Of a DNA stretch of 64,000 nt, positions 56,930-64,000 are shown one piece after another (the stretch's first letter is position 1; every line of letters begins with the position of its first letter). This stretch comes from Rubripirellula sp. GTDB lineage: Bacteria; Planctomycetota; Planctomycetia; Pirellulales; Pirellulaceae. A program made the translations under genes and the position numbers. Under the pieces are notes generated by a model. That model did no database searches. It saw nothing but the letters and a program-made list of their open reading frames with translations, and had not been told where the DNA came from. The stretch covers positions 6,432,001 through 6,496,000 of the forward strand of contig OZ244207.1 of assembly GCA_965216875.1 (NCBI GenBank). Direction: 5' to 3'.

Positions 56930-58109
56930 CAATAAAGAACAATCACGAGTTCTGAAAGCACGTTGGATTTTTCCCGTTTCGGCACCGCCAATCAACGGTG
57001 GTTGGATGCGCGTCGAAAACGGAAGCGTCGTTGAACTGGGCGGCGGCTCCGCGCCTTTTGGTGCGCAAGATCTGGGTGACGTGGCTCTGTTACCCGGATT
57101 GGTGAATGCTCACACCCACTTCGAATTCTCTGACTGCCAGCAACCGATCGGCGATGCTGGCACACCACTTTACCAGTGGATCGGCCAAGTGATCGCAGCG
57201 CGTGGTGTCGCATCGGTCGAAAGCAAACAGGCCGCAATTGAACTTGGGATTCGCCAATCGATTGCGGCGGGCGTTCGACTCGTTGGTGAAATCACGACGC
57301 CGCCTTGCCAGTACCTCACGGCATCCGATTGCGCGATCGTTTCCTTCGCCGAAGTGCTCGGCTTGGCAACCGAACGCGCCACGGAGAAGCTTGCTGCAGC
57401 ACAGCGGCATTTCGACAGCCGAAAGGTCGAGTTGGGTTGGAGCCCGCACGCGCCGTACTCCACACGATGGGATACGATCGAACACTGCGTGAGGGATTCC
57501 AAAGCCACGGGGCGCGGATTGGCGATGCACGTTGCCGAGTCGCCCGACGAACGTGAGTTGCTTGAAAATGCCAGCGGACCATTCGCTGACTCGCTTCGTC
57601 AAATCGGTGTCTTTCAAGAAGAGCTCTATCCTTGGGGCGACGACGCGACACTTAACTTGCTCCAGTTACTCGGCCAGGCGTCGCGTGTGTTGCTCGTTCA
57701 CGGCAACGACTTGCAGGATGCTGAAATTGAGTGTCTCGCCAAGCACAGCCAGATCACGGTGGTCTACTGCCCACGGACTCACGCCTTCTTTGGCTACGAC
57801 CGCCACCCCGTCGACAAGCTTCTCGGCAAAGGTGTTCGCGTTGCGCTCGGTACCGATTCGAGGGCCAGCAACCCGGATCTGAACCTTTGGCGCGAGATGC
57901 AATTCTTATGGCAGCACCGCCAGGATCTCGAACCGCACGAGGTTCTGGCGATGGGGACGGTCGCCGGTGCGGACGCTCTCGGAAAGACAAAGTTCGGCAG
58001 ATTGGCTCCAGGAACACGGTCCGATTGCGGTGCGGTAGAAACAAAAAGTGCGAAGATCGACGGTGTTTTCGACGATTTGGCGACTGGCGACTACCGAGTT
58101 GTGATGTAG
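56892..58109 (+). CDS. metal-dependent amidohydrolase (aminodeoxyfutalosine deaminase-like)
   Basis: PGLVNAHTHFE, SPHAPYS, HVAES, HGN, CPRT, LGTDS. Confidence 0.9.
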   Translation: MRGSRFFRGAGFINKEQSRVLKARWIFPVSAPPINGGWMRVENGSVVELGGGSAPFGAQDLGDVALLPGLVNAHTHFEFSDCQQPIGDAGTPLYQWIGQVIAARGVASVESKQAAIELGIRQSIAAGVRLVGEITTPPCQYLTASDCAIVSFAEVLGLATERATEKLAAAQRHFDSRKVELGWSPHAPYSTRWDTIEHCVRDSKATGRGLAMHVAESPDERELLENASGPFADSLRQIGVFQEELYPWGDDATLNLLQLLGQASRVLLVHGNDLQDAEIECLAKHSQITVVYCPRTHAFFGYDRHPVDKLLGKGVRVALGTDSRASNPDLNLWREMQFLWQHRQDLEPHEVLAMGTVAGADALGKTKFGRLAPGTRSDCGAVETKSAKIDGVFDDLATGDYRVVM

Positions 58110-58191
58110 CCCACGCTTTGCGCACTTCCGCCGATTCGTCTGGCCGTCGCGGCCCCGATTTGGTAATTCTTTTCGCGCCCTTTCAATCAAT

Positions 58192-58230
58192 TCCCGGAAA
58201 GGATGTTGGCAATCCCGGAATGGATGTTGG
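58192..58230. promoter_or_regulatory. tandem 18-bp direct repeat (21-bp period), putative operator
   Basis: tcccggaaaggatgttgg at 58192-58209 and tcccggaatggatgttgg at 58213-58230. Confidence 0.5.
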
Positions 58231-58248
58231 AGTAATTGGGAAACGGAG

Positions 58249-59094
58249 ATGCGTGATCTAGCTGGAAAACGAGCCGTCGTGACGGGTGCCGCCTCGGGCA
58301 TCGGCCGAGCCATTGCGCTCGAATTGGCCCGTCAGGGAACGCATGTCTGTTTGTGGGATCGAGATGCCGAGGGGCTCGCCGAGAGTCAATCACTCTGTGA
58401 AGCGATCGGTGTCGAGTGCAAAACAATCACCGTTGATCTTTCTTCGCGCGACGCGATCACCGAAGCGGTTACTGATGTCTTTTCTTCGTGGCCCGCAATC
58501 GACATTCTGGTCAACAACGCTGGCGTTGGGTTCGAAGGTCCGACGCAACGGATGACAGCGGATCAATGGGACGCCGTGATCGGCATCAACTTGCTGGCTC
58601 CGATTCAGATCATTCACGAGATGTTGCCAATGTTGCTCGGGCGACCCGAGGCACACATCTTGAACGTTGCCAGCATGCTTGGACTTAGTCCAGTGCCGCG
58701 TGGTGCAGCGTATTGCACGAGCAAGTTTGGCCTCGTTGGGTTGTCGGAATGCTTGCGGATGGAATACCGGCGAACACGGCTGGGTGTCACCGCTTGTTGT
58801 CCCGGATTCGTTCGCTCGAATCTGTTTGTGCATGGCCAAGGCGGCGATCCGTCTCGTCCGATCAGCAAGCCGTCACCCATTCTGTTCACATCGCCCGAAC
58901 AGGTTGCCAAGAAATCGGTGAAAGCCATTCGCAAGAATCGCGCCAAAGTCCTTGTCACACCGCTCGCTCATTTCTTGTGGTTTGCGAACCGCTACATGCC
59001 ATCGCTACTTGAACTGGCAAGCATGATTGGTCGTCGTAAAGGCCCGTCCACCGAAGCGCTCTATCCACTCGCACCGCACGGCCAATCGACATGA
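58249..59094 (+). CDS. SDR family oxidoreductase
   Basis: TGAASGIG, NNAG, YCTSK. Confidence 0.93.
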   Translation: MRDLAGKRAVVTGAASGIGRAIALELARQGTHVCLWDRDAEGLAESQSLCEAIGVECKTITVDLSSRDAITEAVTDVFSSWPAIDILVNNAGVGFEGPTQRMTADQWDAVIGINLLAPIQIIHEMLPMLLGRPEAHILNVASMLGLSPVPRGAAYCTSKFGLVGLSECLRMEYRRTRLGVTACCPGFVRSNLFVHGQGGDPSRPISKPSPILFTSPEQVAKKSVKAIRKNRAKVLVTPLAHFLWFANRYMPSLLELASMIGRRKGPSTEALYPLAPHGQST

Positions 59095-59999
59095 GCCCGG
59101 ATGAGGGCATTCGAGTCGACGCCGATTTCACGAGCGAAGGTTGTCGCTGCGCCGCGTGGCTCTATCGTCCAGAACGCGTTCCCGCTGGAACAAAGTTGCC
59201 CATCGTTGTGATGGCCCACGGATTCGCTGGCCAGCGCCGGTTTCGACTACCAAGTTATGCAAAACGGTTTGTCGACCGAGGCATTGCCGTGTTGGTTTTT
59301 GACTATCGCCATTTTGGGGATAGCGAGGGCGAGCCTCGTAACGTGGTGAACCATTGGCGTCAGCAGCGGGATTGGCGAGCAGCGATCGAACATGCCGGAA
59401 CGATCGAAGGCATCGATGCGACGCGAATCGGATTGTGGGGGTCCTCGTTCAGCGGCGGGCATGTGGTGGCGCTCGCGGGCAGCGATCTTGGAAGGGACAT
59501 CCGTGCCATCAGCTCGCACGTACCCATGCTTAGCATGGTCCGTTCGCTCCGCATCAAACCCAAGACCTTGCTTCAAGCCGTTGGGCATGGGCTCTGGGAT
59601 TGCACCAAGGCGATCTTCGGCGCCTCACCTCACTATGTGCCAGTGGTTGCGCCGCCGGCGAAGTTCGCAGCACTGAACCAAGAGGGCTGTGACGAGGGAT
59701 ACCACTCGATGGTTCCCGAATCAGAGACGTGGGCAAATCAGGTCGCAGCACGGTCGCTGGTAACGAGCCTCTTGTTTGATCCCGGGCGGAAGGCATCCAA
59801 CGTTCAATGCCCTGCCCTGTTTGTGATTGCCAATCACGACCAAGTGATTCGAACTCGCGTTTCGACAGCGATCGTCAAGAAAGTTCGCAACGCGGAACCG
59901 GTTTACGTCGATGCCGATCACTTTGAAGTTTATCAAGGGGAACACTTCGATCGAATCTCAACGCTACAAGCCGACTTCTTCGAAAGATGTCTCCGGTGA
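59091..59999 (+). CDS. alpha/beta hydrolase (S15/X-Pro dipeptidyl-peptidase-like)
   Basis: MAHGF, FDYRHFGDSEGEPR, GSSFSGG nucleophile elbow, D and H of the triad; ATGA-coupled to the SDR. Confidence 0.9.
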   Translation: MSPDEGIRVDADFTSEGCRCAAWLYRPERVPAGTKLPIVVMAHGFAGQRRFRLPSYAKRFVDRGIAVLVFDYRHFGDSEGEPRNVVNHWRQQRDWRAAIEHAGTIEGIDATRIGLWGSSFSGGHVVALAGSDLGRDIRAISSHVPMLSMVRSLRIKPKTLLQAVGHGLWDCTKAIFGASPHYVPVVAPPAKFAALNQEGCDEGYHSMVPESETWANQVAARSLVTSLLFDPGRKASNVQCPALFVIANHDQVIRTRVSTAIVKKVRNAEPVYVDADHFEVYQGEHFDRISTLQADFFERCLR

Positions 60000-60011
60000 G
60001 CCGACGGCGTA

Positions 60012-60110
60012 AGCCGAACGCGCTAGCGTCGGGCCCTCTATCGTTCGTAGTACCGAGCTTTAGCCGGAATCTTACGCAATCCGCCTAAAGGCGAGACTAC
60101 AAACGGTGCT
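60012..60110. repeat. repeat family E (60012-60035) and family C (60045-60110) copies
   Basis: Match 40100-40126 and 18677-18747. Confidence 0.85.
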
Positions 60111-60139
60111 CGATCCGACTCGTGGGCCGAACTCGCAAC

Positions 60140-61723
60140 TCAATACACGTCGCGGACGTAGCGCTGATTCTTGGTCATGTTTGCGACATAGGCTTTGGCG
60201 TCCTCGTTGCTCATGCCGCCTTCTTGAACAATGATGTCGACGAGTGCTTTGTCGACATCGGCGGCCATTCTCGAGGCATCGCCACAAACGAAGAAGTAGC
60301 CACCTTCTTCGAGCCACTTCCAAAGTTCCGCGGCGTTCTCTCTCATGCGATCTTGAACGTAGACCTTAGCGTCACCATCACGACTGAACGCCGTGTCGAG
60401 TCGAGTGAGCGTTCCTTCATCGACGTATTGTTTCAGTTCGTCCTCGTAAAGGAAGTCACACGCGGCGTGTTGGTCGCCAAAGAACAACCAGTTCTTGCCG
60501 TTGGTTTGGTCGGAGTGGCGTTGTTGGAGGAAGGCCAAGAAGGGAGCGATTCCCGTTCCCGGTCCAACCATGATCATCGGAGCGTTGCTGTCCGCTGGGA
60601 CGGTAAACCCGCCGTGGTTCGGTTGAACAAAGACGCGAAGTGGCCCGCCTTCGCCGACGCGCTCGGCAAGCATCGTGCTGGCGACCCCTTTACGCTCGCG
60701 GCCTTCGCGATCGTATGTCACCTTGCCAACGGTCAAGTGGACCGAGTTGCCCACTTTGCTCATGCTGCTGGCGATCGAATAGAGTCGCGGGTTGAGTGGT
60801 TCGAGGGTCTCGATGAATTCGGTTGGTGTGATCGTCGCGCCCTCCGCGATCTCGACAATCTCAAGGACATCGCATCCTTCGGGCGTACCGCTGCCCAGCA
60901 ATCCGACAAGTTTCGATTTGGCTGTCTCGGATGCGGTGCGTTCGATCAGCAACTCGAGCAATTCGTCACTTGGGTCTCGCAAGCAACAGTCCTCGACGAT
61001 CGCTTCCAGCAGACTCTTTTTCGTTCCTGCGCTTTCGATCGAAATCGACGGGTCGGCACCGAGCAGTTTGATGACCGATAGCGCCAAGTCATTGCAGTTG
61101 GTGGGATAGATCCCCAGTGCATCACCCACGTTGTAGGTCATTCCCGATCCATCCAGATCGATCACCACGTGTCGCGTGTCCTTGGCGGACCCTTCTTTGT
61201 TAAGTGGGCGCGACTCAAGCAATTTCGCCGAGTAAGGGTTTTGTCGTGACCAACCGTTCGGCTTGTCGCTTCCGTTCGTTTTGGGCGCTGATCCACCGCC
61301 CCCTTCGCCGTCGCTCTCCTTGAGCACCTTCTTGATCATTTGTTTGGTTTCTTTGCCGCCGGGGCTACAAAGAGTCAAGTTGGTTTCTTCGCCCGAAGCG
61401 ATCGCTTCGGCGTAAGATTGGCAAACGTAGCCGCACGAACCGCAGTCAAGTTGGGCCATGGCCGCCATCAGCTTTCGCGGCAGCGGTTTTTCTTTGGCGA
61501 GGTCCATTCGGTCGACGATCGGAAGCGCCGAATCATGCCACGGGAAATCTTCTTCCTCTTCAACAGCAGTGCCACCAATCGCATCGGTCGCGATTCCCGC
61601 GGCGGCCAACGCTTCGCCGGGTGCCATGTCGGTTTGGATGCCCATCAATCCAGAGAAAAAACCATTTAGCCAAGCGCGTTGTTCTTCGTTAAACGGTGCG
61701 GTTTCAGGAATGAAGCTACTCAT
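60140..61723 (-). CDS. CysJ-like FAD/NADPH flavoprotein with N-terminal Fe-S domain (electron donor for nitrite reductase)
   Basis: RLYSIAS, GVAS, MVGPGTGIAPF, KVYVQ, VCGDA, RYVRDVY; DCGSCGYVC...C Fe-S motif. Confidence 0.9.
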   Translation of the reverse strand: MSSFIPETAPFNEEQRAWLNGFFSGLMGIQTDMAPGEALAAAGIATDAIGGTAVEEEEDFPWHDSALPIVDRMDLAKEKPLPRKLMAAMAQLDCGSCGYVCQSYAEAIASGEETNLTLCSPGGKETKQMIKKVLKESDGEGGGGSAPKTNGSDKPNGWSRQNPYSAKLLESRPLNKEGSAKDTRHVVIDLDGSGMTYNVGDALGIYPTNCNDLALSVIKLLGADPSISIESAGTKKSLLEAIVEDCCLRDPSDELLELLIERTASETAKSKLVGLLGSGTPEGCDVLEIVEIAEGATITPTEFIETLEPLNPRLYSIASSMSKVGNSVHLTVGKVTYDREGRERKGVASTMLAERVGEGGPLRVFVQPNHGGFTVPADSNAPMIMVGPGTGIAPFLAFLQQRHSDQTNGKNWLFFGDQHAACDFLYEDELKQYVDEGTLTRLDTAFSRDGDAKVYVQDRMRENAAELWKWLEEGGYFFVCGDASRMAADVDKALVDIIVQEGGMSNEDAKAYVANMTKNQRYVRDVY

Positions 61724-61783
61724 GACTTCGAAAGTTCTTGCGGGGTGCTTGGTTGAGTGTGTTGATTCGGTTGTTGGTGGGTC

Positions 61784-63604
61784 TTAGACCGCGACCGCGG
61801 CGAGCGACTTGAGCTCTTCGTCACTGTGGCGTTTGGCGAAGTCGACAAAGGACTCGTCGTCTTGTCGATTTGCCAAATACCCGCCGATGATGGCGGAAAG
61901 CAGCGAGGGAATCTCGTCATAGGCAACCGCCGAGAACAGCAGCCGCGCGATGCCTTGGCGGTCGCCCCATCCACCGCCAAGGTGAACGTGGTAGCCGTCG
62001 ACCATGTCATCGCCTTGCTCGACTTGGCATCCTTGCAGTCCGATGTCGCCGATGTAGTGCTGAGCACAACTGTGATGGCACCCCGTGACGTGGATGTTCA
62101 AAGGTTGGTCGAGTTCGAAGTTTTGTTCGAGCGTTAGTGCGATTTCCATCGCATGACGCTTGGTGTCGGCTCCGGCAAACTTGCAGCCGGCGCTTCCCGT
62201 GCAAGCGACCAGGCCAGCACGGAACGAACTTGCCCGGTAATCGAGACCGATCTCTTCCAATTCGCGGCCAACGACTTCGATGTCTGAGTCGCGGATGTTC
62301 GGGATCAGAAGGTTTTGCCATACGGTCAAGCGAATGTCGCCGTTGCCGTAGGTGTCGGCGATTCTCGAAAGACCGCGAGCTTGATCGGAAGTCAAACGTC
62401 CAACGGGAAGGACAACGCCGACGTAGTTTCGACCTTCTTGTTTTTGCTTGTGGAATCCAATGTGAGCCAACCGCTGTTCTTTGTTGGGTACCGACACTCG
62501 CGATGCTTCCACACGGCGAAGCGGGCGGCCCATCGATTCCTCGACAGCCGCGATGAACTTGTCAAATCCCCAGTCGTCGAGAACGTACTTCAGGCGGGCT
62601 TTTTTGCGGTCGGTTCGGTCGCCATTTTCGACGAACACGCGGACGATCGCTCCGGCAACTTCGACGCACTCGTCCGGTGTCAGTAACACGCCCGTGTCAC
62701 GTGCAAAGTCTTTGTGTCCGGTGATGCCGCCAAGGGTCAATTGGAAGTAGACGCCCGCGGGCAGGTCATCCGTCGCGCTTTCGGGTAGGACTTCGGCAGC
62801 GTGGAAGCCGATGTCGTTGGTGTCGTCGAGCGCACTGACCCGGCCGCTGCCGTCAAACGCAATGTTGAACTTGCGAGGCAAACCGTACATCTCGCGATGG
62901 TTCAAGATGTAGTGGTGCATCCGTTTTGCAAGTGGAATGGTCTCGATCAGTTCGTCTGGATCGATACCCGAAAGTGGACTGGCGGTGCAGTTGCGAATGT
63001 TGTCGCCGCCACTGCCGAGGTTAACGATGTCGAGTTCACGCAGTCCGTACAGGATGTTCATTGCGTTGTCGGCTTTGATCTCACGAAACTGCAAGTTGGC
63101 TCGCGTGGTGACGTCGATGAAACCTCCAGCACAACGGTCGCCCAAGTCGGCAAGACCACGAAGCTGCCACGATTGCATCGAACCACCTGGGATTCGCATG
63201 CGGCACATGTAGCTGTCTTGAGCGGGGGCGACGTAGAACAGACCGTGGAATTTGGTCAGGAAGACGTCCGTTCCTTTCGGAAACTCGCCCGCATCGCTGC
63301 GAGCTTGCATTTCGTCCCACATGTCCAGCGGGTTCTTTTTTTGCTTGGCAGCTTCTTCGTTACAGAGTTTCTTGCCGCCAGCAATGGTTTTCTGCTGCGC
63401 TTCCAGCGCGATCTTTTCCGGGCCCACTGGCAAGGCTTCGCCATTGACCGTTGCACCACCGCTACCGATTTGGACGCTGACGCCAGGGCCGCCGCTTCCG
63501 CTTAGCACTGGCAAACCGCTTACGGCGCGTGCGACGTCGGCACCAAAGGTGAAGCCGGCGAGGTATTGTTTTTGTTCTTCTGAAAAGGACTTGTTGTCAC
63601 TCAT
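61784..63604 (-). CDS. nirA: siroheme nitrite reductase NirA family
   Basis: TTRANLQ, DNIRN, LPRKFNIAF, ACTGSAGC, TGCHHSCAQ; next to a nitrate reductase gene. Confidence 0.92.
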   Translation of the reverse strand: MSDNKSFSEEQKQYLAGFTFGADVARAVSGLPVLSGSGGPGVSVQIGSGGATVNGEALPVGPEKIALEAQQKTIAGGKKLCNEEAAKQKKNPLDMWDEMQARSDAGEFPKGTDVFLTKFHGLFYVAPAQDSYMCRMRIPGGSMQSWQLRGLADLGDRCAGGFIDVTTRANLQFREIKADNAMNILYGLRELDIVNLGSGGDNIRNCTASPLSGIDPDELIETIPLAKRMHHYILNHREMYGLPRKFNIAFDGSGRVSALDDTNDIGFHAAEVLPESATDDLPAGVYFQLTLGGITGHKDFARDTGVLLTPDECVEVAGAIVRVFVENGDRTDRKKARLKYVLDDWGFDKFIAAVEESMGRPLRRVEASRVSVPNKEQRLAHIGFHKQKQEGRNYVGVVLPVGRLTSDQARGLSRIADTYGNGDIRLTVWQNLLIPNIRDSDIEVVGRELEEIGLDYRASSFRAGLVACTGSAGCKFAGADTKRHAMEIALTLEQNFELDQPLNIHVTGCHHSCAQHYIGDIGLQGCQVEQGDDMVDGYHVHLGGGWGDRQGIARLLFSAVAYDEIPSLLSAIIGGYLANRQDDESFVDFAKRHSDEELKSLAAVAV

Positions 63605-63606
63605 GT

Positions 63607-64000
63607 TTAGACACCCAACGTTTTAGTGCTGTCTTGGCGAGCGTCGATCGGCTCGATGGTCACTGCGCAATCCTTGTAGCTCGGTTGACGGCTATAGGGA
63701 TCGAAATGTCGCAGCGTTAGTTGATTGGTTTGGTCGTAGTGCATCGGCATAAAGGCTTGGCCCTTGGCGACAGTTGGCGAAATCAATGCATTGGCAATCG
63801 TCTCCCCACGACGCGAACGGATACAAACTTCTTCACCATTGGCGACGCCCATCTGGTCGGCATCGTCAGGATGGATTTCGATGTATGGTTTGGTCGGATA
63901 AAGCTTGCGAAGCACAGGGCTTTTGCTGGTCCGTGTTTGTGTGTGCCACTGGCTTGCCGTTCCGCGTCCCGTCAAAAGCAAGTACGGGTAGTCGTCATCG
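63607..64000 (-). CDS. assimilatory nitrate reductase catalytic subunit, C-terminal part (runs off the window end)
   Basis: YPYLLLTGR...QWHTQTRT, EIHPDDA, FMPMHY, DPYSRQPSYK (molybdopterin dinucleotide-binding domain). Confidence 0.9.
   Translation of the reverse strand, partial: DDDYPYLLLTGRGTASQWHTQTRTSKSPVLRKLYPTKPYIEIHPDDADQMGVANGEEVCIRSRRGETIANALISPTVAKGQAFMPMHYDQTNQLTLRHFDPYSRQPSYKDCAVTIEPIDARQDSTKTLGV

Overview
This is an ordinary chromosomal window, most likely from a planctomycete of the Pirellulaceae (Rhodopirellula/Rubripirellula/Stieleria-like). That assignment is an inference from gene content (SHD1-domain protein, tandem ExbD, VWA and Ser/Thr kinase-like proteins) and the style of the intergenic repeats. 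Housekeeping genes include leuC (partial), glmS, metK, gyrB, rnhA, pepT, pepA, mpg and a UbiD-family decarboxylase. The window also holds two sensor kinases, a partial Tad/Flp pilus locus (2x flp, cpaA, cpaB, cpaC, cpaE) and the 3' part of an assimilatory nitrate/nitrite reduction operon. I found no rRNA, tRNA, CRISPR array, transposase or integrase. Five signals stand out. (1) Each Flp pilin gene has its own duplicated ~320-nt leader: a sigma70-like promoter, an unrecognised two-hairpin RNA module with compensatory base changes, then a c-di-GMP-I riboswitch. This is a candidate tandem riboswitch or new RNA motif. (2) A trypsin-like protease/EEP nuclease fusion lies behind a structured intergenic region and a membrane protein, a candidate conflict or defence module. 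(3) A secreted SHD1 protein has a disordered linker full of DPF and D(D/A)(I/L)FG motifs. (4) Several REP-like palindrome families occupy most convergent gene junctions, and one family brackets a single gene. (5) There is an unannotated 36-aa membrane peptide inside the tad locus. All product calls come from motif recognition by eye; no database search was run.
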